Origin: Candidatus Gottesmanbacteria bacterium
Lineage (GTDB): Bacteria; Patescibacteriota; Microgenomatia; UBA10105; UBA927
NCBI GenBank assembly: GCA_963809665.1
Contig: CAWEKC010000003.1
Coordinates: forward strand, 105,473 to 169,472
DNA length: 64,000 bases
Direction: 5' to 3'
Numbering within the stretch: position 1 is the stretch's first letter; the number at the start of each line of letters is the position of its first letter. Below the pieces are notes generated by a model, which saw only the letters and a list, made by a program, of their open reading frames with translations, was not told the origin of the DNA and ran no database searches. The position numbers and the translations under genes were made by a program. Positions 38,821 through 48,275 of this stretch are shown piece by piece.

Positions 38821-39555
38821 TTACGGTGTGGGGGTGGGTTTGGGTGTTACTTTCAGAGTAGCAGACGGGGATGCTATTTTTGTGGGAGTCGGTGTCGGAG
38901 TAGCCCCGGTACGGTTGCCGATGTCGAGTATCCGTATGGCACTCAGGCGATTTTCCACGTTGGCTTCCGGCGTTTCCAATACATGAACGGTATCTCCCAC
39001 GATTAACTGGGAAAATCCGGCTTTTAGAACTCCCTTGTCTTTTGTCCAGTGAAAATTTTTCGTTGTTGTTTCAAAATCGACAATATATGATTGTCCTTCC
39101 TGCGTTGCCACGGTTATCGTGTAGTTTATTTTGCTGACGGCTGTGATCGTGCCGGATATACGCTCCGGAATGCTTCCCTGGATAAAAATGACCTGCGCTT
39201 TTAGGATATCGAGGTTCGTGTCGTAATCGCCGAACACGACCACATCGTCGCCTTTTGTCACTTGATCGGTCGTGAGTTCAGTTCGTTTGCCTTTCAGTAT
39301 TTGAAAGACGGAAATGCTGTCCGTCAGTTCAATTTTTATATCGCTTGTTTTTGTACTCACGGTTATTGTTGAAACGGATGTCGTTTTTACCGTACCGTAT
39401 ATCGCGCGCTTCTGTGACTGTTTCAGTTGCGTAGCCGCCGATGCCAACCGGTCCTTGAGCGTATCTAATTTTTGCTGTGCGTCGGGTGTTGCCGTTTGGG
39501 CATACACGGATGATGCCACAAAAAACGCACTGATGATAAGTATGATTTTTTTCAT
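38821..39555 (-). CDS. Secreted protein with TP-repeat linker
   Basis: Signal peptide MKKIILIISAFFVASSVYA; C-terminal TPTPTPTKIASPSATLKVTPKPTPTP. Confidence 0.45.
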   Translation of the reverse strand: MKKIILIISAFFVASSVYAQTATPDAQQKLDTLKDRLASAATQLKQSQKRAIYGTVKTTSVSTITVSTKTSDIKIELTDSISVFQILKGKRTELTTDQVTKGDDVVVFGDYDTNLDILKAQVIFIQGSIPERISGTITAVSKINYTITVATQEGQSYIVDFETTTKNFHWTKDKGVLKAGFSQLIVGDTVHVLETPEANVENRLSAIRILDIGNRTGATPTPTPTKIASPSATLKVTPKPTPTP

Positions 39556-39998
39556 AAACTTTCCGGCGTATAGTACACAGTGATCGTCTTATTTGCCTGT
39601 TTTGTTTCCAGGTATGACGTGACAATAATATCGTTTTTCCCCTCTGCGAGTGTAATCTTTCCCGCATATTTACCGTCGGCCTGAGCCGTAGAGACCGTAT
39701 CGTCAACCGATCCTGCGATTACTACAGTAGATTCCGGGAAGGTGACACCGGATACCAGGAGATCGGTAGTATTTTCAATAGCATCTGCAAGCGGACTTTC
39801 AATAGTGACGCCGAATTCCGACGGGGTGGGGGTAGGAGTTGCCGACGGGTTTTTTTCCTGCGGTTGGAGAAATGAGACGGTCGGCAGAGTAATTTTCGGT
39901 AATGATTTTGTAATATTGGGACCAAGCAAAAGAAGACCAGTGATGAGAAGTCCGATGCCGAACCCGATTAATGTCGCCAGTATCGCGTCTTTATTCAT
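39552..39998 (-). CDS. Secreted/membrane-anchored protein with TP-repeat linker
   Basis: N-terminal TM helix, PSATPTPTPS linker; 4-bp overlap with downstream gene. Confidence 0.4.
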   Translation of the reverse strand: MNKDAILATLIGFGIGLLITGLLLLGPNITKSLPKITLPTVSFLQPQEKNPSATPTPTPSEFGVTIESPLADAIENTTDLLVSGVTFPESTVVIAGSVDDTVSTAQADGKYAGKITLAEGKNDIIVTSYLETKQANKTITVYYTPESL

Positions 39999-40050
39999 GA
40001 GGTGTTGCTAAGGATAGCCAAATCTGCTATAAATTGCAAGTATCGATACT

Positions 40051-40698
40051 ATGGAAATCACATACCTAGGTCATGCAGCGTTCCGTTTGAAAGGAAAATC
40101 TGCCACTGTTGTGACTGATCCGTACGCGCCGGAACTGGTAGGTCTGAAATTTCCTAAACATATAACCGCTGATATCGTGACCGTTTCACATGATCACCCT
40201 GATCATAATGCAATCCGCCAAGTTGAAGGATCAGCCTATGTGGTGAACGGTCCCGGAGAATATGAAATCAAGGGCGTCGGTGTCATCGGCCTCTCAACGT
40301 TTCACGATGAAGAAAAAGGCGCAAAGCGCGGGAAAAATACGATATACCGTATTGAAATGGACGGATTAACATTGGTTCACCTGGGGGATTTGGGTCATAC
40401 ATTATCAGCAGACGAAGTAGATATTCTGGACGGTGTGGACGTTCTTATGATTCCGGTCGGTGGATTGTATACAATAGATCCGGCTGCGGCCGTATCGGTT
40501 ATAAACGAAATTGAACCCTCGATTGTGCTGCCCATGCATTATGGAAGACCGGAACTCTCCGCAAAAACGTTCGGAAACCTTGCTACACGGGATGCATTTT
40601 TGAAAGAAATCGGCGGGGACACTGTCATTCCGCAACCCAAACTTACCGTAACCCGCGACAAACTGCCGGAACAAATGCAAGTGATAATACTTGAGTAA
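40051..40698 (+). CDS. Metallo-beta-lactamase-fold hydrolase (UPF0173 family)
   Basis: MEITYLGHAAFRLKG...VSHDHPDHN motif. Confidence 0.7.
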   Translation: MEITYLGHAAFRLKGKSATVVTDPYAPELVGLKFPKHITADIVTVSHDHPDHNAIRQVEGSAYVVNGPGEYEIKGVGVIGLSTFHDEEKGAKRGKNTIYRIEMDGLTLVHLGDLGHTLSADEVDILDGVDVLMIPVGGLYTIDPAAAVSVINEIEPSIVLPMHYGRPELSAKTFGNLATRDAFLKEIGGDTVIPQPKLTVTRDKLPEQMQVIILE

Positions 40699-40762
40699 TA
40701 AAAATTTTCTTTTCCCCAATTTTCAACCGAAAATTAGAAATTGAAAATTAAAAAATTAACAT

Positions 40763-42106
40763 ATGGCAGATGTCAAAATTCCACCGCATGATGATGTCGC
40801 AGAGCAATCGGTTTTAGGGGCAATTCTTATCGACAAAGATGCGATGATCGACGTCGCGGAGTTTTTGCGGCCCGAACATTTTTATATGGATGCAAATGCG
40901 GCAATTTTTGCCGCGATGATCACGCTCTATGATGCGCATGAACCGCTGGATGTTGTTTCCGTTTCGGCCCAATTAAAAAAAGACGGAACGCTTAAACGGG
41001 TTGGCGGCGCTCCGTATGTATCCGGACTTCTTAATGTCGTTCCCACGTCGGCGCACGCGCAAAAATATGCGCGTATCATCCAGGAACACTATACAAAACG
41101 CCGGTTGATCGAACTCGGTGCCAAGGTGACGGAACTTGCTTTTAAGGAACAGGGAGATGCCAAGGAAATACTGGACAATGCCGAACAGGAAATTTTTGCT
41201 ATTTCCCAGCAAACGACCAAACGGGATTTTATTCCCATCAAGGACGCACTTGCATCTTCCTTTGACCGGTTGGATGAACTGCATAAGCGTGCCGGGGGAT
41301 TGCGGGGCGTTCCGACTGGTTTTAATGATCTGGACTTCCGTCTTGCAGGTATGCAGGATGCAAACCTTCTGATTCTTGCCGCCCGGCCGGGTACCGGAAA
41401 AACTGCAATGATCCTGAACATTGCTCAGTATGCTGCGGTAAAGGAAAAAATTCCGGTCGGCGTGTTTTCGCTGGAAATGAGCAAAGAGGAAGTTGTGGAC
41501 CGGTTGTTGGTCGCGCAGGCAGACATCGATTCGTGGAAATTAAAAACCGGGAAATTGTCGGACGATGATTTTACCAAACTCTCCGAGGCAATGGGAGAGT
41601 TGGCGGAAGCGCCGATTTATATCGACGACACACCGGGCCTGAATATCCTTGAAATGCGTACCAAAGCGCGGCGCCTTCAGGTGGAACACGGAGTGAAACT
41701 TATAATTGTTGACTACCTCCAGCTTGCCGATTCCGGACGGAAATTTGATAATCGCGTACAGGAAGTATCCGTCATTTCCCAAAGCCTGAAAAATCTCGCG
41801 CGTGAACTGAGGCTGCCGGTGTTAGCATGTTCGCAGCTTAACCGGGCAGTTGAGTCCCGCGGCACACGGGTACCGGAACTCTCCGATCTTCGTGAATCCG
41901 GCTCCATTGAACAGGATGCTGATGTCGTTATGTTTTTGTACCGTGAGGAAGGTGACCAGACACAGTGGGGCGCGCAGATCCCGACGAAACTGCGTATTGC
42001 CAAACACCGGAACGGCCCGCTTGGAGAAGTAGATCTTATCTTCCGCGGTGACCGCATCCGTTTTTACGGCATCGAGCGGAAGCGCGAAGAAACCCCGTCT
42101 AAATGA
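40763..42106 (+). CDS. dnaB: Replicative DNA helicase DnaB
   Basis: PHDDVAEQSVLGAIL N-terminus, Walker A ARPGTGKT, Walker B IIVDYLQL, arginine finger region. Confidence 0.9.
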   Translation: MADVKIPPHDDVAEQSVLGAILIDKDAMIDVAEFLRPEHFYMDANAAIFAAMITLYDAHEPLDVVSVSAQLKKDGTLKRVGGAPYVSGLLNVVPTSAHAQKYARIIQEHYTKRRLIELGAKVTELAFKEQGDAKEILDNAEQEIFAISQQTTKRDFIPIKDALASSFDRLDELHKRAGGLRGVPTGFNDLDFRLAGMQDANLLILAARPGTGKTAMILNIAQYAAVKEKIPVGVFSLEMSKEEVVDRLLVAQADIDSWKLKTGKLSDDDFTKLSEAMGELAEAPIYIDDTPGLNILEMRTKARRLQVEHGVKLIIVDYLQLADSGRKFDNRVQEVSVISQSLKNLARELRLPVLACSQLNRAVESRGTRVPELSDLRESGSIEQDADVVMFLYREEGDQTQWGAQIPTKLRIAKHRNGPLGEVDLIFRGDRIRFYGIERKREETPSK

Positions 42107-42145
42107 TATAATACCAGGAGAGTACTGCCTGCCTGCGCAGACATG

Positions 42146-42231
42146 GCCTGGGTGGCGGAATTGGTAGACGCGCAGCTCTCAAAAAGCTGTGAAGCTAACA
42201 CTTCATGAGAGTTCGAGTCTCTCCCTAGGCA
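42146..42231 (+). tRNA. tRNA-Leu (anticodon CAA)
   Basis: 7-bp acceptor GCCTGGG/CCTAGGC, D-arm GCG-GAATTGGTAGA-CGC, anticodon stem CAGCT/AGCTG with loop CTCAAAA, long variable arm, T-arm GAGAG-TTCGAGT-CTCTC. Confidence 0.85.
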
Positions 42232-42233
42232 CT

Positions 42234-42659
42234 ATGAAAAACTTTGAAACAGTTTCGTTGCGTTCGCCATCGGCTGATGTGTTAGACTGGATAACTTCAT
42301 CGTCTGTTTTTTCGCTTGAAAAAGTCACGGTTTTCGCGAAGAATAATGGCTTATCGGATCAAATATACAGGTATGACCGTCTGAAAAGTTTCATCCAGAG
42401 TGATCTATTTAGAAAAAGTTTTGAGGATCAATGGAAATACGAAACGGACAGTAAGTGGGTGGGGAGGCCCGTTAAGAAAGCCGTACGCGAAACGATATTG
42501 CATACGATTAGCAACTTAGCGGAGGATGCCCAGTTGGAAAGCATGGGAATACGAAACGGCCAGTTTCCGGGTTTGGATAAAGTACAGGTACATGAGATGG
42601 ATAAACAATTACGATTTTTAGCCGAGTATTATCGGGAGTATTGGAAAGGAGCAATATGA
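42234..42659 (+). CDS. Hypothetical protein
   Basis: ORF trimmed to ATG 42234 to avoid overlap with tRNA; no recognisable motifs. Confidence 0.35.
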   Translation: MKNFETVSLRSPSADVLDWITSSSVFSLEKVTVFAKNNGLSDQIYRYDRLKSFIQSDLFRKSFEDQWKYETDSKWVGRPVKKAVRETILHTISNLAEDAQLESMGIRNGQFPGLDKVQVHEMDKQLRFLAEYYREYWKGAI

Positions 42660-43618
42660 TGACACTTGGGGCAATTTATACGTTAGCAATAGAGATGGGT
42701 ATTAAAGCAGACCCGCGCGGAGCGGAAGGTGTAAAGAAATTTTTGGCGCGCAGAAAAAAAGAATACGAAGAGATGTCCGCATCAAAGCAGAAGGAATTTG
42801 ACATCGAGGATCTCGTAAATCCCTATACGGATTCGCGAATATTTTTGGGAAACAAAAATTTGAAAGTCGATCAGATACTCGCGGGTATTGATATAGATGC
42901 CTCCGAGGTGCTCCTCGCGGACCGTTTGAACCAGAAAGGCAGGGGGATTGATCTACTCCTTGCACATCACCCGGAGGGTGGTTCTTTAGCATCCCTGTAC
43001 GGAGTCATGGAGGTTCAGGCGGACATCTGGGCTAAATACGGGGTACCGATCAATATTGCCGAAGGCGTAATGCACGACCGGATCGGCGAAATTCACAGGA
43101 GGATAAGTCCTGCCAACCACAATCAGGCCGTAGATGCAGCACGCCTTTTAGGTTTTGCATTCATGGGTACGCACACGATTACGGATAATCTCGTCCATAC
43201 GTATATGGAAAATTTATTTAAAAAGAAAAATCCGGAGACTGTCGGTGAAGTTCTTGATGTGCTAAAAGGAGAGCCGGAATATCAGGAGGCAATGAAAGGC
43301 AAAGCGGGGCCTATGATTTTTGCAGGTGATCCAAAAAACCGGGCCGGGAAGGTTGCACCGATAGAATTTACCGGCGGGACGGAACCTTCACATATTATTT
43401 ACGAGAAACTTGCGATGGCGGGCGTTGGTACGGTCGTCGGCATGCATGCCGGAGAAGAGCACCGGAAAGAAGCCATCAAGTATCATATTAATCTAGTTAT
43501 TGCCGGGCATATGAGTTCGGATAGTCTGGGAATGAACTTACTTCTGGATGAAATTGAAAAAAATGGCGTCAATATAATCCCTTGCTCCGGTCTAATCCGC
43601 ATACGACGAAGAGCCTGA
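42641..43618 (+). CDS. Nif3-like dinuclear metal centre protein (tentative)
   Basis: LLLAHHPEG and C-terminal AGHMSSDSLG resemble Nif3/YqfO motifs; 325 aa. Confidence 0.4.
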   Translation: MERSNMMTLGAIYTLAIEMGIKADPRGAEGVKKFLARRKKEYEEMSASKQKEFDIEDLVNPYTDSRIFLGNKNLKVDQILAGIDIDASEVLLADRLNQKGRGIDLLLAHHPEGGSLASLYGVMEVQADIWAKYGVPINIAEGVMHDRIGEIHRRISPANHNQAVDAARLLGFAFMGTHTITDNLVHTYMENLFKKKNPETVGEVLDVLKGEPEYQEAMKGKAGPMIFAGDPKNRAGKVAPIEFTGGTEPSHIIYEKLAMAGVGTVVGMHAGEEHRKEAIKYHINLVIAGHMSSDSLGMNLLLDEIEKNGVNIIPCSGLIRIRRRA

Positions 43619-43704
43619 TGCACGGATATGTCCACTCGTGTTTTGCGGGTTAACGGGATTAGTCAGTCTGGTAATTACCAAGACTCCCCTCATATAATAG
43701 ACAT

Positions 43705-44640
43705 ATGGAGTTATCAATTACTCTTTTTGTCATCGGAGCGATCCTACTTCTTTTATCCACACAGGTATTCATCAAACAGGCTGAACGTGTATCAGTTTCA
43801 CTCAAGCTTTCACCGCTCATTATCGGATTGACAATTGTATCCATCGGGACATCACTTCCTGAGCTTACGGTTTCCACTATTGCTGCTGCTCGTGGCGACA
43901 TGGGGTTGGCGATGGGGAATCTTATCGGTTCGAATATCGTTAACGTATTTTTAGTCTTGGGAGTTGGCATGCTGATGGGAAAACTTCGGGTTGGCACCAC
44001 CAAAACCCAAAGGAATATCTTCATACTGTCCGGAATCACGGGATTATTTTTACTTTTATATTTTTTGGGATTATCAAATTTTATTGCCGGGGGTATTTTG
44101 CTAGCAATTGCACTGATAGTAACATTTGATGAATATATCTGGGGGGTCAACGGAAGAACACATGAAGACACCAAAATGTACGTCAAACGAAAATACTGCA
44201 GGTTTTCCGTTAAAGACGTCGGTACATTAATTGCCTCTCTTATAGGAGTTGTAGTGGGAGGGTTATTAACGGTTTCATCCGTGGAACAATTATCCGTGCT
44301 TTTGGGTTTTTCTACAACTATACTGGGTTTATCGATTTCAGCGATCGTAACTTCCTTACCTGAGTTATTGACTACGATATTTAGTCAGGAGGATGGAGAG
44401 GTGAAAATTACAATCGGAAATCTTATTGGAAGCAATATCTACAATCTTGCGCTTATAGGTGGAATCGTATTACTTTTTTCGCCTTGGAAAGCTTTATCGA
44501 CATACGAAATCATGATGCTGATATTCGCAACACTTACGTTTACCGTAGTTGTAGTCGGGAATAAAGGAAAAGTAATTCCGAAATATAACGGATTTTTACT
44601 GCTTTGCTTATTTGTCGCTTATATTTATTTTCTTAAATAG
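43705..44640 (+). CDS. Ca2+/Na+ antiporter (CaCA family)
   Basis: Two alpha-repeats GTSLPEL (VSIGTSLPELTVS and VTSLPELLTT), 10 TM helices. Confidence 0.8.
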   Translation: MELSITLFVIGAILLLLSTQVFIKQAERVSVSLKLSPLIIGLTIVSIGTSLPELTVSTIAAARGDMGLAMGNLIGSNIVNVFLVLGVGMLMGKLRVGTTKTQRNIFILSGITGLFLLLYFLGLSNFIAGGILLAIALIVTFDEYIWGVNGRTHEDTKMYVKRKYCRFSVKDVGTLIASLIGVVVGGLLTVSSVEQLSVLLGFSTTILGLSISAIVTSLPELLTTIFSQEDGEVKITIGNLIGSNIYNLALIGGIVLLFSPWKALSTYEIMMLIFATLTFTVVVVGNKGKVIPKYNGFLLLCLFVAYIYFLK

Positions 44641-44648
44641 CGCCGTAA

Positions 44649-45122
44649 TTATTTAAGAAGCAGAAGAAAAAACGCGACGGTTACGACCTGGGTAATCAGT
44701 CCAAATGGGAAATCGGCTTTCGCATGAATTACATTCTCCCGGCGGTAGATACGGTAGCTGAAGCGCTCCCAGAACCCGGCCCCTTTAGAAACCCCATGTG
44801 AGTTGGGACGTGCAAAAAAGATATACCACGGTGCCTCAAGCCAATCAGGAAGTTCGCTGGCTACGATAGTTGAAAGGAGCAGTGGCGTTTCAACCTTTCC
44901 CCGGAACAGAAAATATGCTAGCGTAATACCAAGTACGGTTTCCGAAACCGCAAGAAGTCCGGTCACTGTTTTTGACCGGTCGCGCCAGTCTGCCCCGAGA
45001 TCCCAATGCGGGATAGCGTCCATGATAAAATGAGACGTTATTGCAAGCGGTATGGCAAGATATGGGTTGGGAACAGCGCGTGCAATGGCACCGGCGACAA
45101 GAGCGTGAGCGGTAGCAGTCAT
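44649..45122 (-). CDS. Membrane-bound metal-dependent hydrolase (YdjM/DUF457-like)
   Basis: His-rich TM N-terminus HALVAGAI...TSHFIMDAIPHWD pattern. Confidence 0.45.
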   Translation of the reverse strand: MTATAHALVAGAIARAVPNPYLAIPLAITSHFIMDAIPHWDLGADWRDRSKTVTGLLAVSETVLGITLAYFLFRGKVETPLLLSTIVASELPDWLEAPWYIFFARPNSHGVSKGAGFWERFSYRIYRRENVIHAKADFPFGLITQVVTVAFFLLLLK

Positions 45123-45142
45123 TCAGTAATTGTAGCAAACAT

Positions 45143-46402
45143 ATGACGACTGATGCAAATACGGATACAAAGCCCTCTTCCTATTCGGAAGTGCTTACTA
45201 TACGCCCGTTCCGTTCCCTCTGGTTCGCCCAAATTTTTTCGCAGCTTGCAATCAACACGCTTCTTTTTGTGCTGGGACTCCGGATTTATCAAAACACGGG
45301 AAGTAACACCGCAGTCTCCGGTTTATTTTTGGCTTACGGTATTCCGAGTGTGTTTTTCGGCATGGTTGCCGGAACGGCAGTCGACCATTTAGACAAACGC
45401 AGAGTACTCATGTACTGCGATATTTTGCGGGGTGTACTTGTATTTTTTCTGTTATTTGTTTCCAGTAACATCATTCTGGTGTATCTGGTCATGTTTATCA
45501 ATGCGGTTATCACTCAGTTTTATGTCCCCAGTGAAGCGCCTCTTATCCCAAAACTTATTCCGAGTGCCCTGCTCGTTCCGGCAAACAGCTTATTTTCATT
45601 TACGTTTTACAGCAGTCTTGCCGTTGGAACGGTATTATCCGGGCCATTACTTCGCGGATTGGGTCCGCAATGGGTATTTCTTTTCATCAGCGCGTTGTTT
45701 TTCGGTGCCGTATGGTTTGAATCCCGCCTTCCGTCCCAGGCGGCAGATGTCCTCGGATTTAAGAATATATTCCGATATGAGGTAAGACATATGGTAACAC
45801 GGATATTTGAAGAACTATTTGACGGAATCCGTTATGTCCGGCAAATACCGGCACTTCTGGACAGTTTACTCCTCTTAACCGGTACGCAGATTATTTTTGC
45901 GATGCTGGGGACGCTCGGTCCCGGTTTTGCGGACACGGTGATGCATATAGATGTACGTGACGCATCGCTCTACATCGTCGGACCGGCGGTCCTCGGAATT
46001 ATTGCAGGAGCGCTCTGGGTGGGATCATACGGGTATACGCTGAAACGCGGACGCCTCATTAAATTTGGGGTGACAGGCGCCGGCGTCGTTCTACTTCTTA
46101 TTTCCCTCATTGTCCGGGTACACGTGTCCATCCTTATCGCGATGTCGTTATTTTTCTTGCTCGGAGCAACCAATAGTCTCTTGGATGCGCCGGCGAACAG
46201 TATTTTACAGGACGAAGCGAAAGGATCGATGCGCGGTCGAGTCTACGGCATGCTCACCGCATCAGTCGGCGGAGTGGGGATATTACCAGTCATTATCGGC
46301 GGGGTGCTGGCGGATGCCGTCGGGGTCGGGCGCGTCATATTATTGTTAGGTCTCGTGATCCTTTCATACGGTATCTGGCGGATGAAGTATAATAAGGACT
46401 GA
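45143..46402 (+). CDS. MFS transporter
   Basis: 12 predicted TM helices, MFS-like loop DKRRVLMYCDILRG between TM2-3. Confidence 0.65.
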   Translation: MTTDANTDTKPSSYSEVLTIRPFRSLWFAQIFSQLAINTLLFVLGLRIYQNTGSNTAVSGLFLAYGIPSVFFGMVAGTAVDHLDKRRVLMYCDILRGVLVFFLLFVSSNIILVYLVMFINAVITQFYVPSEAPLIPKLIPSALLVPANSLFSFTFYSSLAVGTVLSGPLLRGLGPQWVFLFISALFFGAVWFESRLPSQAADVLGFKNIFRYEVRHMVTRIFEELFDGIRYVRQIPALLDSLLLLTGTQIIFAMLGTLGPGFADTVMHIDVRDASLYIVGPAVLGIIAGALWVGSYGYTLKRGRLIKFGVTGAGVVLLLISLIVRVHVSILIAMSLFFLLGATNSLLDAPANSILQDEAKGSMRGRVYGMLTASVGGVGILPVIIGGVLADAVGVGRVILLLGLVILSYGIWRMKYNKD

Positions 46403-46406
46403 CTCT

Positions 46407-47219
46407 ATGTATCCATTACTCGTAAGTTTCGGCGCTTTTCATCTGTATAGTTTCAGCGTTTTCCTGGTATTGGCGTGGCTAATGTTTTCTTTCTTGTTCT
46501 GGCGCGCGCTGCGCAGTCAGGGTGTTGATGAAGAGCACATTTTTAACCTGACGTTTTATAGCACGCTTTCCGCATTTATCGTTGCCCGGCTAGTATTTGT
46601 TCTTCTTAATATGGAGTTATTCCGCGATTCGCCGTTAAAGATTGTTGCTTTATGGATTCAACCGGGTATGTCACTCTATGGAGCGCTGATCGGAGGACTT
46701 TTGGTTCTCGTCTCTCTCTGCCGGAGATATAAAGTGCGCGTGGGTCACGTTCTTGATGCCATAGGTCCCGCATACGGCGTTGCATTTATTATCGGTACGC
46801 TGGGGGCATTTTTGGACGGGACGTATGTCGGGACTGAAACAAATCTTCCGTGGGCGGTGCGTTTTGTGGGGCATCTTGGGAGGCGTCACCCGGTAGAATT
46901 ATATGAAATTGCGGCGATGATAGGAATTTTACTATTAATTGCGGTGTTATCTCACCGCGGATCGCAAAAAAAATGGCCGTACGGATTACTCGGATTATGG
47001 TTTTTCGCCAGTACCAGCACGATTATGTTTCTCCTTGAATTTTTTAAGGATACTCGTGTATACTTGAATTCCTTACGCGCTAACCAGTGGATTCTTGTTG
47101 CAATATTTGCTGAAACGATTGGCGCGTTTTACGTTCGGGGAGGGGGGCGGGAAGCAATCCGTCCGCTCGTGAACCGATTAAAAACATATGCAAAGTTTTC
47201 CAAGCGAACTGCTGAATGA
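46407..47219 (+). CDS. lgt: Prolipoprotein diacylglyceryl transferase
   Basis: Lgt signature GRRHPVELYE (H-P-x-x-LYE) and YGALIGG. Confidence 0.75.
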   Translation: MYPLLVSFGAFHLYSFSVFLVLAWLMFSFLFWRALRSQGVDEEHIFNLTFYSTLSAFIVARLVFVLLNMELFRDSPLKIVALWIQPGMSLYGALIGGLLVLVSLCRRYKVRVGHVLDAIGPAYGVAFIIGTLGAFLDGTYVGTETNLPWAVRFVGHLGRRHPVELYEIAAMIGILLLIAVLSHRGSQKKWPYGLLGLWFFASTSTIMFLLEFFKDTRVYLNSLRANQWILVAIFAETIGAFYVRGGGREAIRPLVNRLKTYAKFSKRTAE

Positions 47220-47580
47220 GTTACGTCTGCATCTGGAATCGGAAAAAAGGAAACTGGTCAGGCAGATGAGTGAGCTCTCCGCACAGGATCCGTTCTCCGA
47301 TCCGGATCGTGTCAACGATAATGCTGCATCCGATTCCGAAGCCAGTGAGGAGTCCAGTCATGACCGGTTTGCGGCATTGCTCGATGCTCTGAAAGCCAAA
47401 GTGTCCGACATCGATTCCGCGCTGACCAGAATTGACAGCGGGACATATGGGTTCTGTTCCAATTGCGGTGAGATGATTGATACGGATCGCCTTGCGATTT
47501 TACCCACAGCAACCCTGTGCCTTTCCTGCGAACGGAAAAAATCCGCCCAAGGCGGATCCGCCTCTGGCGGAAAAAAATGA
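47188..47580 (+). CDS. DksA/TraR-family C4 zinc-finger protein
   Basis: C-terminal CSNCGEMID...CLSCE four-Cys finger after coiled-coil region. Confidence 0.7.
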   Translation: MQSFPSELLNELRLHLESEKRKLVRQMSELSAQDPFSDPDRVNDNAASDSEASEESSHDRFAALLDALKAKVSDIDSALTRIDSGTYGFCSNCGEMIDTDRLAILPTATLCLSCERKKSAQGGSASGGKK

Positions 47581-48275
47581 ACATCCCCGTATTGTTTGAA
47601 GATACTTCGATGCTTGCGGTCAATAAACCTCCCGGAATTGTTGTCAATCGCGCTGAGTCGGTTAAAGGGGAGACGGTTCAGGATTGGGTGGAAAAAACAT
47701 ATCGGATATTTATTGAAAACAGAGCGGGCATTGCGCACAGGATTGATAAAGAAACCTCGGGAATCCTTTTGATTGCCAAAACTCCCGAAGCATTTACAGA
47801 GCTTCAGCGGCAATTTAAAGAACGGATGATCCATAAAACGTATATGGCAATTGTTCACGGCGCACTGGTGCCGGATACGGGGGAAATCCGTGCGCCCGTC
47901 GGGCGCCTCCCATGGAATCGGGAACGGTTCGGTATCGTTCCGGGTGGAAAAGAATCCGTAACGAGGTATAAGGTTGTTAAACTTTTTGAACGGTCCAAGG
48001 GGAAGCAATCAGAAAAATATTCCCTCGTTGAATTATATCCGGAGACCGGCCGTACCCATCAAATCCGTGTGCATCTGAAATATATTAACCACCCTATTGT
48101 CGGCGATTACCTTTACGCGGGCCGTAAGACCGCCAGAGACGACCGTGTGTGGGCCCCGCGCGTTATGTTGCACGCCTGGAAGGTCACCTGCGTACACCCC
48201 GCAAGCGGTGAGACGCTTGCAATCGAGGCGCCGATACCGGATGATATGAATGGTATCATTCATGGACGCGAATAG
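47577..48275 (+). CDS. rluA: RluA-family pseudouridine synthase
   Basis: LAVNKPPGIVV and catalytic HRIDKETSGILLIAKT motif; start set at ATG 47577. Confidence 0.8.
   Translation: MNIPVLFEDTSMLAVNKPPGIVVNRAESVKGETVQDWVEKTYRIFIENRAGIAHRIDKETSGILLIAKTPEAFTELQRQFKERMIHKTYMAIVHGALVPDTGEIRAPVGRLPWNRERFGIVPGGKESVTRYKVVKLFERSKGKQSEKYSLVELYPETGRTHQIRVHLKYINHPIVGDYLYAGRKTARDDRVWAPRVMLHAWKVTCVHPASGETLAIEAPIPDDMNGIIHGRE

Noticed and set aside
40699-40762. AT-rich stretch before dnaB as a replication origin
   Set aside because: No DnaA boxes (TTATCCACA-like) are present; it is more likely a promoter region.
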